A DNA stretch of 64,000 bases from the NCBI GenBank assembly GCA_964555465.1, contig CAZKSR010000001.1, forward strand, positions 39,354 through 103,353, in the 5' to 3' direction. The DNA is from an uncultured Oscillospiraceae bacterium (GTDB lineage Bacteria > Bacillota > Clostridia > Oscillospirales > Oscillospiraceae). The notes under the pieces were generated by a model. The model was not told the origin of the DNA. It saw only the letters and a list, made by a program, of their open reading frames with translations, and did not search any database. Below, one piece after another: positions 9,376 to 19,160 of this stretch. The position numbers and the translations under genes are program-made. The stretch's first letter is position 1. The number at the start of each line of letters is the position of its first letter.

Positions 9376-11241
9376 TTATTCCAAAATATTCAGGCAGAAG
9401 CGCATCAGAAGCGTTGCGACCTGCGCACGGGTCGTATTGCCCTGCGGCTCAAGCTTGCCGTGGTTCATCCCGTTGATCAGGCCGACACGGATCGCCCAGC
9501 TCATTTCGACTCGCGCCCAGTCGCTGACGGCGTCTGCGTCCGCAAAGCCCTCGATCGTGTCGTCTCGGCCGACAAAAATATTCCTGTATTTCGCGTAGCG
9601 GCAGAGAATGACGGCGGTTTGCTCTCGCGTCACGTCGTCCTCGGGGCGGAAGGTGCCGTCGCCCATGCCGTCGACCACACCGACGACATTTGCCCAAGTG
9701 ACGGCGGGAGCATACCAGCTATCGACGGAGACATCCGAAAAATCAGGGCTGACGACGATGGCGGGCGAGCCGCTCAGACGGTAGAGCACGGTGACAAGCA
9801 TGGCACGGGTCATGGTGCCGTCGGGCATGAATTCCGTTTCGGATATTCCGTTGAACAGACCGTGCACGAGGGCATAGTCAAGACTGTCGTGGTACCATTG
9901 CGTTGTGTCGACATCCGTGAAACGCTCCGAGGCGCAGGTGACCTCACAGAAGCGAACGGAGAGGGTACAGTCGGCGGTGATGTCGGAAAAATAGAAGCGG
10001 TTGCCGTCCTGTGTGACGCTTGCACCGTCCGAGGGAGTGAGCGTCCACGATTCGACGGCGTAATTCTCGGTCGGCACGGCCTCGGCATACCAGCCTCTTG
10101 TGCTGACCGTTCCGTAGGTCGGGTTCAGGCTCTGCGCCGTGAGGGTATAGCTTGTCTTATTTTGCAGGGCGACCGTGATGGGGTAGGTCGTGACCTCGCC
10201 CTGCGTCTCGTCTCTCGGATCCGTCATGCCGACGGACTCGGTGCGTGTGTATTCGCCGTCGCTATCATATCGGGAGATGACGATGCGGTCGGAATAAACG
10301 GACAGGAGGGAGACGGTTTTCGTATTGTTGACGGCGCTTGAGGAGTAGCCGACGTAGCCTGCGTTCAGATAGGTGAAGTTCAGGGTTTGCAGATTGGTGC
10401 CTGCAGTGCCGTGGCCGGCGCAGTTGACATCCAGAGCCTGTCCTCGGGCGACATAGTTGACGGCACCGCCCCAGTCGGCCTCGTAATCGGCACTTGAACC
10501 GGAATGGTTGTGCCCGTAGAAGAAGAAAATGTTCAGATCCTCGGCAGCTTCGTTGATCGCATCGAAAATCAGGCTGGCATAGGTGTTATCCTTGCCGTTG
10601 TAACGACCGGAATAGTGCAGAGGAACATGGCAAAGGAGCATGATCGGGCGGCTTTCGTGGGACGTGACCAGCTCGCTGAGATCCTCTCGCACGGTTTTTG
10701 CGGTTGCGGAGACGAGGGATTCATAAGAGGCGGTTTTTTGATTGTAGGGGAACTGCCCCTCGTTGATGACATAGACCAAATACCCGTCATCCTCATCATA
10801 CGGCTGCAGGCCGCTTGCCGCAATGCCCTCGGCTCCTTCATAGTCGTGGTTGCCCTGCGAAAAGACGGTGCTTTCGGGGGCAACGCCGAGCGTTTCCGTA
10901 AGCATGGACTTGATTTGGCGGATGCCGTCGCCGGAGCAATGAGCGCCGTCGCCGTCGGACTGGAAATGGTCGGTATAGTCACCGACAAACAAAGCGGCGT
11001 CGACCGAAACGCCGTCGGCCGCCACAGCGTCGAGGATGGACTGGAATTCCAGCGTTCTCGGCTGCTCGGCAATGGGCGTGTCGTCATAGTAAAAGCGGTT
11101 GTAGCCCGGAGTATAGCAATAGTTTTGATAGTCCGAGGCAAGGAGCAGGACGACAGGCTCGTCCTCCTGTGCATACGCAGCCGAGGGCAGGCCCGACAGG
11201 AGCAGTAGCAAGGTCAAAAAAAGAGAAAGAAGCCGCTTCAT
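9376..11241 (-). CDS. secreted calcineurin-like metallophosphoesterase with C-terminal SLH domains
   Basis: Signal peptide; SDYQ, GDY, GNHD, HVP and GHNH motifs; three SLH repeats (TRAM, TREQ, TRAQ). Confidence 0.85.
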   Translation of the reverse strand: MKRLLSLFLTLLLLLSGLPSAAYAQEDEPVVLLLASDYQNYCYTPGYNRFYYDDTPIAEQPRTLEFQSILDAVAADGVSVDAALFVGDYTDHFQSDGDGAHCSGDGIRQIKSMLTETLGVAPESTVFSQGNHDYEGAEGIAASGLQPYDEDDGYLVYVINEGQFPYNQKTASYESLVSATAKTVREDLSELVTSHESRPIMLLCHVPLHYSGRYNGKDNTYASLIFDAINEAAEDLNIFFFYGHNHSGSSADYEADWGGAVNYVARGQALDVNCAGHGTAGTNLQTLNFTYLNAGYVGYSSSAVNNTKTVSLLSVYSDRIVISRYDSDGEYTRTESVGMTDPRDETQGEVTTYPITVALQNKTSYTLTAQSLNPTYGTVSTRGWYAEAVPTENYAVESWTLTPSDGASVTQDGNRFYFSDITADCTLSVRFCEVTCASERFTDVDTTQWYHDSLDYALVHGLFNGISETEFMPDGTMTRAMLVTVLYRLSGSPAIVVSPDFSDVSVDSWYAPAVTWANVVGVVDGMGDGTFRPEDDVTREQTAVILCRYAKYRNIFVGRDDTIEGFADADAVSDWARVEMSWAIRVGLINGMNHGKLEPQGNTTRAQVATLLMRFCLNILE

Positions 11242-11705
11242 TGGGGATCCTCCGTTTCGCGGAAAGCGAAGAATCGCTGTCCGAGGTAATTAAAGCCCGT
11301 GAACAGGCACGAGCCGAAAATGGCTGCGAGATAGTCCCATTTCGTTGCCTTCTCGCCCGAGAGAATGGAGAGAATCTTACTCCAGTCGGCCTCGACGCCG
11401 GGGAGCAGGGGATAGATGACGAAGAGGGCGATGCCGTAGCCGAGAATGTAGCACACGACGATATTCAGAGCAAAGCGAAGGATCGACTGAAGATTGTCGC
11501 CCCGATAGCGAAAGGTGAAGAAGCGATTGAGGAGATAGCTCAGAATACTTGCCAGAACGGTGCTCACGGCGGTGGCGGCCAGTGTAGTGAAGCCTGCAAA
11601 TTGCAGGAGGACAAAGACGATCACCCAGTTAAAGACGGTGTTCGCCACGCCGACGAGCAAAAATTTCCACATTTTGATGTCGAAGAGTGATTTGAATTTT
11701 TCCAT
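11238..11705 (-). CDS. GtrA family protein (putative lipid-carrier flippase)
   Basis: KFLLVGVANT, SYLLNRFFTF, NYLGQRFFAF; four TM segments. Confidence 0.9.
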   Translation of the reverse strand: MEKFKSLFDIKMWKFLLVGVANTVFNWVIVFVLLQFAGFTTLAATAVSTVLASILSYLLNRFFTFRYRGDNLQSILRFALNIVVCYILGYGIALFVIYPLLPGVEADWSKILSILSGEKATKWDYLAAIFGSCLFTGFNYLGQRFFAFRETEDPQ

Positions 11706-11706
11706 G

Positions 11707-12123
11707 TTAGCCTCCTTCGGCCGAATAGACGACCGCCGTCCCGTCGCTGGAGACTTGATACATCGGTTCGCCGTCCTTCGACAGATATCGCAGGGTGACG
11801 GTCAGTCCCTCCGCATCGCAGGAGAGCAGAAGGTCGGCGGCGATGATTTTTACCATGCCGGGATAGGTGTTGTTGTCGGCATAGATGCTCTGCGCCGAGG
11901 CAAGGGAGAATTCGGTCGTTTTTGTCAATGTCAGTGTATTGTTTTTTTCATTATAAACGCAGTCATAATCGGGATATTTTTCCGAGGCATAGACCTCAAT
12001 CTGCGGACGGTCGGCGGATGTCTCGTCGGAGGAGAGCGAGCCGAACCGAATCAGAACGAACGCAGTAACCGCGAAGAGGATCAGAAGCACGGCAAGCGCG
12101 GAAAAAAGCAACAGTTTCTTCAA
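11707..12123 (-). CDS. hypothetical membrane-anchored protein
   Basis: TTG start after AAGGTGG; N-terminal TM segment; ends 1 nt before gtrA. Confidence 0.65.
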   Translation of the reverse strand: MKKLLLFSALAVLLILFAVTAFVLIRFGSLSSDETSADRPQIEVYASEKYPDYDCVYNEKNNTLTLTKTTEFSLASAQSIYADNNTYPGMVKIIAADLLLSCDAEGLTVTLRYLSKDGEPMYQVSSDGTAVVYSAEGG

Positions 12124-12169
12124 ATGGATCCCACCTTTTGCTATATCATACCGCATATTGCGCAAAAAG

Positions 12170-12673
12170 TCAAACCGCTTTGAAAGAAACTGTCCGAGTA
12201 ATGTCAAATAAAATCGATTCGTATTCTTTTTTCAATTCTTCGGGGCAGCGCACCGTCAGGCAGTAGGCATATTCGCCGTCAAAAAAGGCAGTGCCGCTGC
12301 AAGAGAGAAGATCATTTTCCCCTGCTGCCGTCCATGCGAAGCAATATTCCGCACAGGGAAAGTCGGAAACACGGATCGCGCCGAGCTGCTCGGCCGTTTG
12401 GCCGGTGACGGAGCGCAGGGCCGCATCGACCGATTCCGCAGGGAAAATCTCCTGATAGATCTCGCACTCGCCGCAGGTGAAGAGCGCACAGCAGCCATCA
12501 TCGCAGACTGTCGTCAGGACGGCTTCGGCAGGAAGCGCCGTTTCGAGGTAATGCGTCGGGGCGGCGGAAAGCTCCAAGGTGTCCGAAAGGCACTCGAATT
12601 CGGGATTTTGGTTGACAGCACAGCCTGTCAATGTTAAAATCAAAAGGAGTAAGCACGGAAAGCATCGTTTCAT
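12170..12673 (-). CDS. hypothetical lipoprotein (possibly sporulation-expressed)
   Basis: GGAGG RBS, lipobox LTGC, and a sigma-E-like promoter upstream. Confidence 0.7.
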   Translation of the reverse strand: MKRCFPCLLLLILTLTGCAVNQNPEFECLSDTLELSAAPTHYLETALPAEAVLTTVCDDGCCALFTCGECEIYQEIFPAESVDAALRSVTGQTAEQLGAIRVSDFPCAEYCFAWTAAGENDLLSCSGTAFFDGEYAYCLTVRCPEELKKEYESILFDITRTVSFKAV

Positions 12674-12701
12674 AAGGAACCTCCGAAGGATTTGATGGTT
12701 C

Positions 12702-12731
12702 ATTCTTATGTACGCAGCCGTGCGAATATGC
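12702..12731 (-). promoter_or_regulatory. sporulation sigma-E-like promoter
   Basis: GCATATT-14 nt-CATAAGAAT matches the B. subtilis sigma-E elements and spacing. Confidence 0.5.
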
Positions 12732-12807
12732 CCCGACGCGCGCCGCATCCGCAGGGCGTGCCGCCCCTGCTGGGATGCCGTCCGAGGACGGCTCGGCAGC
12801 GCATAGC

Positions 12808-13008
12808 TCAGGACTTCAGCTTGTGCTTGGTTCCGTCCGCCTCGACGATGTAGGTGTTGTCAAGCTGAGCACGCAGATTGCTCCTGACCGAGGCGATATA
12901 AATTCGGCGCAGGGCATCGCGTTCCGTCAGCTCTTCTTCGGTCAGCCCCTCGGCCTTTGCTTTTCTTGCCAGCTCGTTGATGCGGCTGATGACTTCGTTC
13001 ATCTTCAT
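12808..13008 (-). CDS. DUF896 (YnzC/UPF0291) family protein
   Basis: RINELARKAKAEGLTEEE...LRRIYI...RAQL; GAGG RBS. Confidence 0.9.
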   Translation of the reverse strand: MKMNEVISRINELARKAKAEGLTEEELTERDALRRIYIASVRSNLRAQLDNTYIVEADGTKHKLKS

Positions 13009-13089
13009 TTTTTATCAACTCCGCCCTCTATTGTACCCAATATACGCATTTCTGTCAATGCTGTGCGGAGCTTTTCGGGAGGATTTCTT

Positions 13090-14274
13090 ATGAAAATATT
13101 GGTCATCGGCGGCGGTGCATCCGGCATGACGGCGGCATTGACCGCTGCGGCGAGCCATGAGGTCGTCCTTTTGGAGCGGCAGAGCCGTGTCGGGCGCAAG
13201 CTTCTCGCTACGGGCAACGGGCGGTGCAACCTGACGAACCGAAAGCTTTCCCTCGAAAACTATCACGGAGAAGACGTGCAATTCTGCCGCTTTGCGCTCG
13301 AATACTTCGGCGTGGAGCAGACCTTGGAATTCTTCCGCTCCCTCGGCCTTCTCACGGTGACGGAGGACAGCGGCAGGGTCTATCCCTACAGCGACAGTGC
13401 CAACAGCGTGGTTGATGTCCTCCGTCTGGCCATGGAGCATTGCGGAAAAATTACCGTCCGTACGGGCTGCGAGGTGCTTTCCGCGCACCGAAAAAAGGGA
13501 CGCTTTCTTCTCGAAACCTCCGAAGGGCAGATCGACGGCGATGCTCTGATCGTGGCAGCCGGCGGTGTGGCCGGCGGCAAGCTCGGCGGAACGGACTTGG
13601 GCTACCGTCTGCTCTCCTCCTTCGGACATAAGCGCACGAAGCTTTATCCGTCTCTCGTCCAGCTTCGCACGGACACGCGCTTTGTCCGCTCTCTCAAGGG
13701 CGTCCGCTGTGATGCGCTTGTCCGTCTGGGACGCACGGAACGCCGCGGCGAGGTGCAGTTTACGGATTACGGCATCAGCGGCCCCGTGATTTTCGAGCTT
13801 TCCCGACAGGCTCGGGAGGGGAGTGTGCTGATGCTGGATTTTTCGGCGGATATGAGTGCGCGGGAGCTGGCCGATCTGCTCCTGCGGCGCATTGCGCAAA
13901 TGCCGCATTTGAAGGCGGAGGATTTTTTGACCGGCATCGTGCACAACCGCCTCGGAAGAACTCTGCTTCGGGCGTGTGATATTTCTCTGGAATCGGAGAT
14001 CGCCGCGCTGGAAGCGCAGGTGCCTCGGATCGCGGAGACGGCAAAGCATTTTTCGCTGGAAGTCCTCGGTACGATGGGGATGGAGCAGGCACAGGTGACG
14101 GCAGGCGGCATTTGCACCGATGAATTTCGGGCAGATACGCTGGAAAGCCGCCTGTGCAAGGGGCTGTATGCCTGCGGAGAGGTTTTGGATATCGACGGCG
14201 ACTGCGGCGGCTATAACTTGCAGTGGGCGTGGTCGTCCGGCAGACTTGCGGGAGAATTGAGAGGTTTGGAATGA
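13090..14274 (+). CDS. HI0933/BaiN family NAD(P)/FAD-dependent flavoprotein
   Basis: GGGASG, GRKLLATGNGRCNLTN, GEVLDIDGDCGGYNLQWAWSSG. Confidence 0.92.
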   Translation: MKILVIGGGASGMTAALTAAASHEVVLLERQSRVGRKLLATGNGRCNLTNRKLSLENYHGEDVQFCRFALEYFGVEQTLEFFRSLGLLTVTEDSGRVYPYSDSANSVVDVLRLAMEHCGKITVRTGCEVLSAHRKKGRFLLETSEGQIDGDALIVAAGGVAGGKLGGTDLGYRLLSSFGHKRTKLYPSLVQLRTDTRFVRSLKGVRCDALVRLGRTERRGEVQFTDYGISGPVIFELSRQAREGSVLMLDFSADMSARELADLLLRRIAQMPHLKAEDFLTGIVHNRLGRTLLRACDISLESEIAALEAQVPRIAETAKHFSLEVLGTMGMEQAQVTAGGICTDEFRADTLESRLCKGLYACGEVLDIDGDCGGYNLQWAWSSGRLAGELRGLE

Positions 14275-15845
14275 TTCGGATTCGAGATTTGATTTTACCG
14301 GCGGAGCACGACAAAACGGCTCTGCTTTACTGTGCGGCGCAGTCCCTTCGCCTGAAGACGAGCGATATTGCTTCGCTGCATATTTTTCGCCGCTCGCTGG
14401 ATGCGCGGAAAAAGCCCGACCTTAAGTGGGTCTATACCGTCGATGTGACCCTCCGTGTCAATGAGCGGAAGCTGCTGAAACAGCTCAGAAACCCGAAGAT
14501 CACGGCGGAGGAACCGTATTTTTATCGCATCGGGAAGAAAACCGCCGAAAAACGGCCGATCGTGGTCGGATTCGGCCCTGCAGGGATGTTTGCCGCGCTG
14601 GTTCTCGCCCGTGCCGGACTGCGCCCCGTGGTTTTGGAACGGGGGGAGGCGGCGGACGCACGGAAAGAGAAGGTCGAAGCTTTTTGGAACGGCGGCAGCC
14701 TCGACCCGAACAGCAACGTCCAGTTCGGTGAGGGCGGCGCAGGGATGTTTTCCGACGGAAAGCTCAACACGGGGACGAATAATGTCCGTTCCCGTTGGGT
14801 GCTGGAGCAATTTGTCCGCTTCGGCGCGCAGGAAGAAATTTTGTATGATGCCAAGCCGCACATCGGAACGGATGTCCTCTTCACCGTGGTGCAACGGCTT
14901 CGGCAGCGCATCGTCGCATTGGGCGGTGAGGTTCGCTTCGGTGCGCGGCTGACCGCGCTCGAGCAGGAAGACGGCAGACTCACCGCTGCGGTTTATGAGC
15001 ATAACGGGCAGGAGCACCGACTTGATTGCGACCGCCTCATTCTTGCCATCGGGCACAGCGCAAGGGACACCTTCCGTTCTCTCCTTGCGCAGGGGCTTGA
15101 GATGGAGCCGAAGCCCTTCTCCATGGGCGTGCGCATCGAGCATCCGCAGGAGGCTATCGACCTTGCGCAATACGGCGGCAAGCGGCCGAAGGGGATTCCT
15201 CCTGCGGACTACAAGCTCTCCGTCCATCTGCCGGACGGAAATTCGGCCTATACCTTCTGTATGTGTCCCGGCGGCTATGTCGTCGCGGCGGCATCGCAGG
15301 AGGGCGGCGTCGTGACCAACGGCATGAGCAATTCCGACCGTGGCGGCGAAAGGGCGAATTCGGCGCTGCTCGTCACACTGAAGCCGGAGGACTTCCCGAT
15401 GTCGGGCGCTCTGGGCGGAATGCTTTGGCAGGAGGAGCTGGAGCACCGCGCGTATCTCCTCGGCGGCGAGAATTATCACGCACCGGCACAGAAGGTCGGA
15501 GATTTTCTCGGCGGACGGGCATCGCAGACGGTGAGCGGCACCTATCGCCCCGGGCTTACCCCCTGCGATCTGCACGAGCTTTTTCCGCGAAAGATCACCG
15601 ACACCCTCGAACAGGCGATCGTTGCGCTCAACGACAGGCTTGACGGCTTTGCCGATCCGCAGGCCGTTCTGATTGCGCCGGAGACGAGAAGCTCCTCGCC
15701 CGTGCGCATCCTCCGTGACGAAGGTTGTCAAAGCAAGCTTCGCGGCCTGTACCCCTGCGGCGAAGGGGCAGGCTATGCCGGCGGCATCATGTCGGCGGCA
15801 GTGGACGGTATGCTCTGTGCTGAGGCAATCATCCGCACACTTTAA
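14271..15845 (+). CDS. FAD-dependent oxidoreductase (COG2509-like)
   Basis: GFGPAG, SNVQFGEGGAG.FSDGKL, TFCMCPGG, PETRSSSP, GEGAGYAGGIMSAA; ATGA overlap with the upstream gene. Confidence 0.9.
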   Translation: MIRIRDLILPAEHDKTALLYCAAQSLRLKTSDIASLHIFRRSLDARKKPDLKWVYTVDVTLRVNERKLLKQLRNPKITAEEPYFYRIGKKTAEKRPIVVGFGPAGMFAALVLARAGLRPVVLERGEAADARKEKVEAFWNGGSLDPNSNVQFGEGGAGMFSDGKLNTGTNNVRSRWVLEQFVRFGAQEEILYDAKPHIGTDVLFTVVQRLRQRIVALGGEVRFGARLTALEQEDGRLTAAVYEHNGQEHRLDCDRLILAIGHSARDTFRSLLAQGLEMEPKPFSMGVRIEHPQEAIDLAQYGGKRPKGIPPADYKLSVHLPDGNSAYTFCMCPGGYVVAAASQEGGVVTNGMSNSDRGGERANSALLVTLKPEDFPMSGALGGMLWQEELEHRAYLLGGENYHAPAQKVGDFLGGRASQTVSGTYRPGLTPCDLHELFPRKITDTLEQAIVALNDRLDGFADPQAVLIAPETRSSSPVRILRDEGCQSKLRGLYPCGEGAGYAGGIMSAAVDGMLCAEAIIRTL

Positions 15846-15955
15846 GGGAATCGGGGCTTCCCGAGAAAAAAGCGTTGCGATTTGCTTCGTTTTATTGTAT
15901 GATATATGTGACACCTTCTGCCATGGTGCAACATACAATGGCATGAGGTGATGTT

Positions 15956-16336
15956 ATGGCACTGACCATCCTGATCGCAGGCTTGGCGGTCTGCGGCGTG
16001 TTTTTGATCGCATGGTGTGTGATCGAGGCATTGTTTTGCACATTTCCGAAAAATTCCCGACACATTTTTTATCTGCAAGGGGATTCGGAGCAGGTGGAAC
16101 AGGAGATCCGCTCCGCGCTCTGGGTGTGCGAAAAGCGAGGGATGCGCGGTAGCTTGCTCTTTGTCGACTGCGGCATTTCCGTTTCGGCGCAGGAGACGGC
16201 GCAATGGATACTGAAGGATCATACGGCGGCGGTGCTCTGCGCACCCTCGCAGCTTTCGGATTACTTAGGATGGGAGAACGGCACAGGTGGAGCAGGAACT
16301 GATCAGCGGCACGATCGCAGCGGTCATCTTTTATAA
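15956..16336 (+). CDS. hypothetical protein with N-terminal TM helix
   Basis: GAGGTG RBS; hydrophobic N-terminus; overlaps the recD2 start by 50 nt. Confidence 0.6.
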   Translation: MALTILIAGLAVCGVFLIAWCVIEALFCTFPKNSRHIFYLQGDSEQVEQEIRSALWVCEKRGMRGSLLFVDCGISVSAQETAQWILKDHTAAVLCAPSQLSDYLGWENGTGGAGTDQRHDRSGHLL

Positions 16337-18488
16337 TAATGAAAACTGCTATGCCGTCCTGCGGCTGAACAGCGAGGACGGCACCCTTGTTACCGTCGTC
16401 GGCACCATCCCCACGCCCGTGGCCGGGGAGCGGCTGATCGTCACCGGCAAATGGACGACGCATAACAATTACGGCAAGCAGTTCGAGGCCGAGTTTTTGG
16501 AGCGGCTGCTTCCGGATTCGACCAAGGAAATACTGGCCTATCTTTCCTCCCGTGCTGTTCGGGGCATCGGGGAAAAAACGGCCGTTAAGATCGTCGAGCG
16601 GTTCGGGGACAAATCGCTGCAAATTTTGGAGCAGTCGCCGGAGCGCCTGACGGAGATCCCCGGCATCTCCCGAAAAAAAGCCATGGAAATGGGCGAATCC
16701 TTCCGAACACAGGTCGGAATTCGGCACCTGATCGAAATGCTGACGGCTTACCGCATTGCGGCGGAGGTTGCGGTGCGGTTCTATCGGGTATATAAAGAGC
16801 GGTCGCAGGAGCTTGTCGGGGAGGATCCTTATCTCCTGACCAAGCCGCAGTTCGGAGCGGCCTTCGAGGAGGCCGATGCCATGGCCATGGAGCTGGGCTT
16901 CGACGGCGACGATCCCCGACGCGTCGATGCCGCCGTCATTTTCGAGCTTCGTCATAACCTCAATAACGGCCACACCTTCCTGCCGCAGGACAAGCTCATC
17001 GCCGCCACCGCGCAGATGCTCTCGATTCAGGAGCCTGCGGTCGCGGAAAGCGTAGATCGACTGACGGAGCTGGGAGAGGTCTTCCTAGATACGATCCGTG
17101 GGCTGAACGCCGTCTATCTGCCCGAATACTTTGAGGCGGAGACAGCCGTCAACGACCGCATCCGCCGCATGGTGGGTCAGGAGGTCAAGCCCCTTCCCGA
17201 TGCCTCCCGTTTTGTCGACACCATCGAAAAAAAGCTGCAAATATCTTATGCCGACTTGCAGCGCGAGGCTATTTGCGCCTCGGCGGAGCGCCGAATTTTG
17301 ATTTTGACCGGCGGCCCCGGTACCGGCAAGACCACAACGCTGAAGGGCATTTTGGAGCTTTATCGAATTCTCAATCGAAAAACGCTGCTCGCCGCGCCGA
17401 CCGGCCGCGCCGCCAAACGGCTCAGCGAGCTGACGGGACAGGAGGCATCGACCGTGCACCGTCTGCTGGAGGCGCAGATTTCGCCGCAGACAGGGGAGAT
17501 GTTCTTCCGCCATGACGAGGACGATCCGCTCGACTGCGATGCGGTCATCATCGATGAGATGAGCATGGTCGACCTTCTCCTGATGCACAGCCTTCTTTGT
17601 GCCGTACCGGAACACGCGTCGGTGATTTTGGTCGGTGACCCCGACCAGCTTCCGAGTGTCGGCGCGGGGAATCCCTTTGCCGACCTTATCCGAAGCGGCA
17701 TTGTCCACACCGTTGCGCTGACCGAGATCTTCCGACAGGCACGCGAAAGCCTCATCGTCATGAACGCGCACGCCGTCAACCACGGCGAGCTTCCGGTTCT
17801 GACGGCAAAGGATCGGGACTTTTTCTTCCTGAAGCGGCGAGATGCGGCGGCCGTGGTCAACACCATCGTCGAGCTGTGCGCCCGACGCCTTCCCGACAAT
17901 ATGGGCATCCCCTCGACCGAAATTCAGGTCATCTCCCCGACGAGGAAGGGCGAAACAGGCACCTACAGCCTGAATCTTGCGCTGCAAGCCGCCCTCAATC
18001 CGCGCCACCCGGGAAAGAAGGAAAAGCCCTTCGGCTCGGTCGTCTTTCGGGAAGGGGATCGAGTGATGCAAATTCGCAATAACTACGATATTTCGTGGCA
18101 GAGAGACAACGGCTCTGTCGGCAACGGCATTTTCAACGGAGATGTCGGCACCATTGTGCAAATTCTGCCGCATGAGGACTGCATCCGCATCCGCTTCGAC
18201 GACCGCGTCTGCGTCTACAGCGGCGAAATGCTCTCGGAGCTGGAGCTTGCCTATGCGGTCACGGCGCATAAAAGTCAGGGCAGTGAGTACCGTGCCGTGA
18301 TCTTTGTCCCCTTTTCCGCGCATCCCATGCTCCTGACCCGAAGTATTCTCTATACCGCCATCACTCGCGCCCGTGACCTTCTCATCATGGTCGGAAACGA
18401 AGAGATCGTGGCGCAGATGACCGCAAACAACCGCAAGAACAAGCGTTACAGCGGCCTGCGCTTCCGCCTGACGGAGGAAAGGGAATGA
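16287..18488 (+). CDS. recD2: ATP-dependent RecD-like DNA helicase
   Basis: HhH GIGEKTA, Walker A GGPGTGKTT, DEMSM, GDPDQLPSVG, AHKSQGSEY, YTAITRAR. Confidence 0.95.
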   Translation: MEQELISGTIAAVIFYNNENCYAVLRLNSEDGTLVTVVGTIPTPVAGERLIVTGKWTTHNNYGKQFEAEFLERLLPDSTKEILAYLSSRAVRGIGEKTAVKIVERFGDKSLQILEQSPERLTEIPGISRKKAMEMGESFRTQVGIRHLIEMLTAYRIAAEVAVRFYRVYKERSQELVGEDPYLLTKPQFGAAFEEADAMAMELGFDGDDPRRVDAAVIFELRHNLNNGHTFLPQDKLIAATAQMLSIQEPAVAESVDRLTELGEVFLDTIRGLNAVYLPEYFEAETAVNDRIRRMVGQEVKPLPDASRFVDTIEKKLQISYADLQREAICASAERRILILTGGPGTGKTTTLKGILELYRILNRKTLLAAPTGRAAKRLSELTGQEASTVHRLLEAQISPQTGEMFFRHDEDDPLDCDAVIIDEMSMVDLLLMHSLLCAVPEHASVILVGDPDQLPSVGAGNPFADLIRSGIVHTVALTEIFRQARESLIVMNAHAVNHGELPVLTAKDRDFFFLKRRDAAAVVNTIVELCARRLPDNMGIPSTEIQVISPTRKGETGTYSLNLALQAALNPRHPGKKEKPFGSVVFREGDRVMQIRNNYDISWQRDNGSVGNGIFNGDVGTIVQILPHEDCIRIRFDDRVCVYSGEMLSELELAYAVTAHKSQGSEYRAVIFVPFSAHPMLLTRSILYTAITRARDLLIMVGNEEIVAQMTANNRKNKRYSGLRFRLTEERE

Positions 18489-19132
18489 AGCTGCTTCACA
18501 TTCTTCTCGACCTGATCTATCCGCCCAAATGCGTCTTTTGCGGAAAGCTCTTGGCCGAGTATGAGACAGACCTGTGCACAAAATGCCGCACGGAGCTTCC
18601 GTCCGTCGGACAGCATATCAAGCGCGGCGAATGTTATCGGGAGTGCTACAGTGTCTATTATTACGAAGGAAGGGTGAAGGAATCCCTTTGCCGCTTCAAA
18701 TTCGGCGGAAAGTCCTGCTATGCCGCTTCCTACGGGCGTTTCATTGCCATGGAGCTGCTGCGGCAGAGCGTGGAATTCGACGTCCTGTCATGGGTGCCGA
18801 TCAGCAAGAAGCGCGCCGGTGAACGAGGCTATCACCAGACCAAGCTGATGGCGCAGGCGGTCGCGAAGGAGCTGGGGATCGAAGCCGTCGAGACGCTGAA
18901 AAAGATCAAAAACAATCCGGCGCAGTCCGCTCTGCACGGCACCGCCGCGCGCAGACAGAATGTCGCAGGTGTCTATGAAGTGACGCAGCCCGAGTGCTTT
19001 GTCGGGAAGAACGTTCTTCTGATCGACGACGTCATCACGAGCGGCGCGACCTTGAGCGAGGCTGCCCGTACCTTGCAGCGCGGCGGCGCAAAATGTATCC
19101 TGTGCGCAACGCTCGCCGCGACCCGACCTTAA
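18485..19132 (+). CDS. comF: ComF family protein (double zinc ribbon + PRTase fold)
   Basis: CVFC...CTKC, RGYHQ, LLIDDVITSGAT. Confidence 0.9.
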   Translation: MKLLHILLDLIYPPKCVFCGKLLAEYETDLCTKCRTELPSVGQHIKRGECYRECYSVYYYEGRVKESLCRFKFGGKSCYAASYGRFIAMELLRQSVEFDVLSWVPISKKRAGERGYHQTKLMAQAVAKELGIEAVETLKKIKNNPAQSALHGTAARRQNVAGVYEVTQPECFVGKNVLLIDDVITSGATLSEAARTLQRGGAKCILCATLAATRP

Positions 19133-19160
19133 AAAATTCGAAGGAACAGCAGGTGGAACT

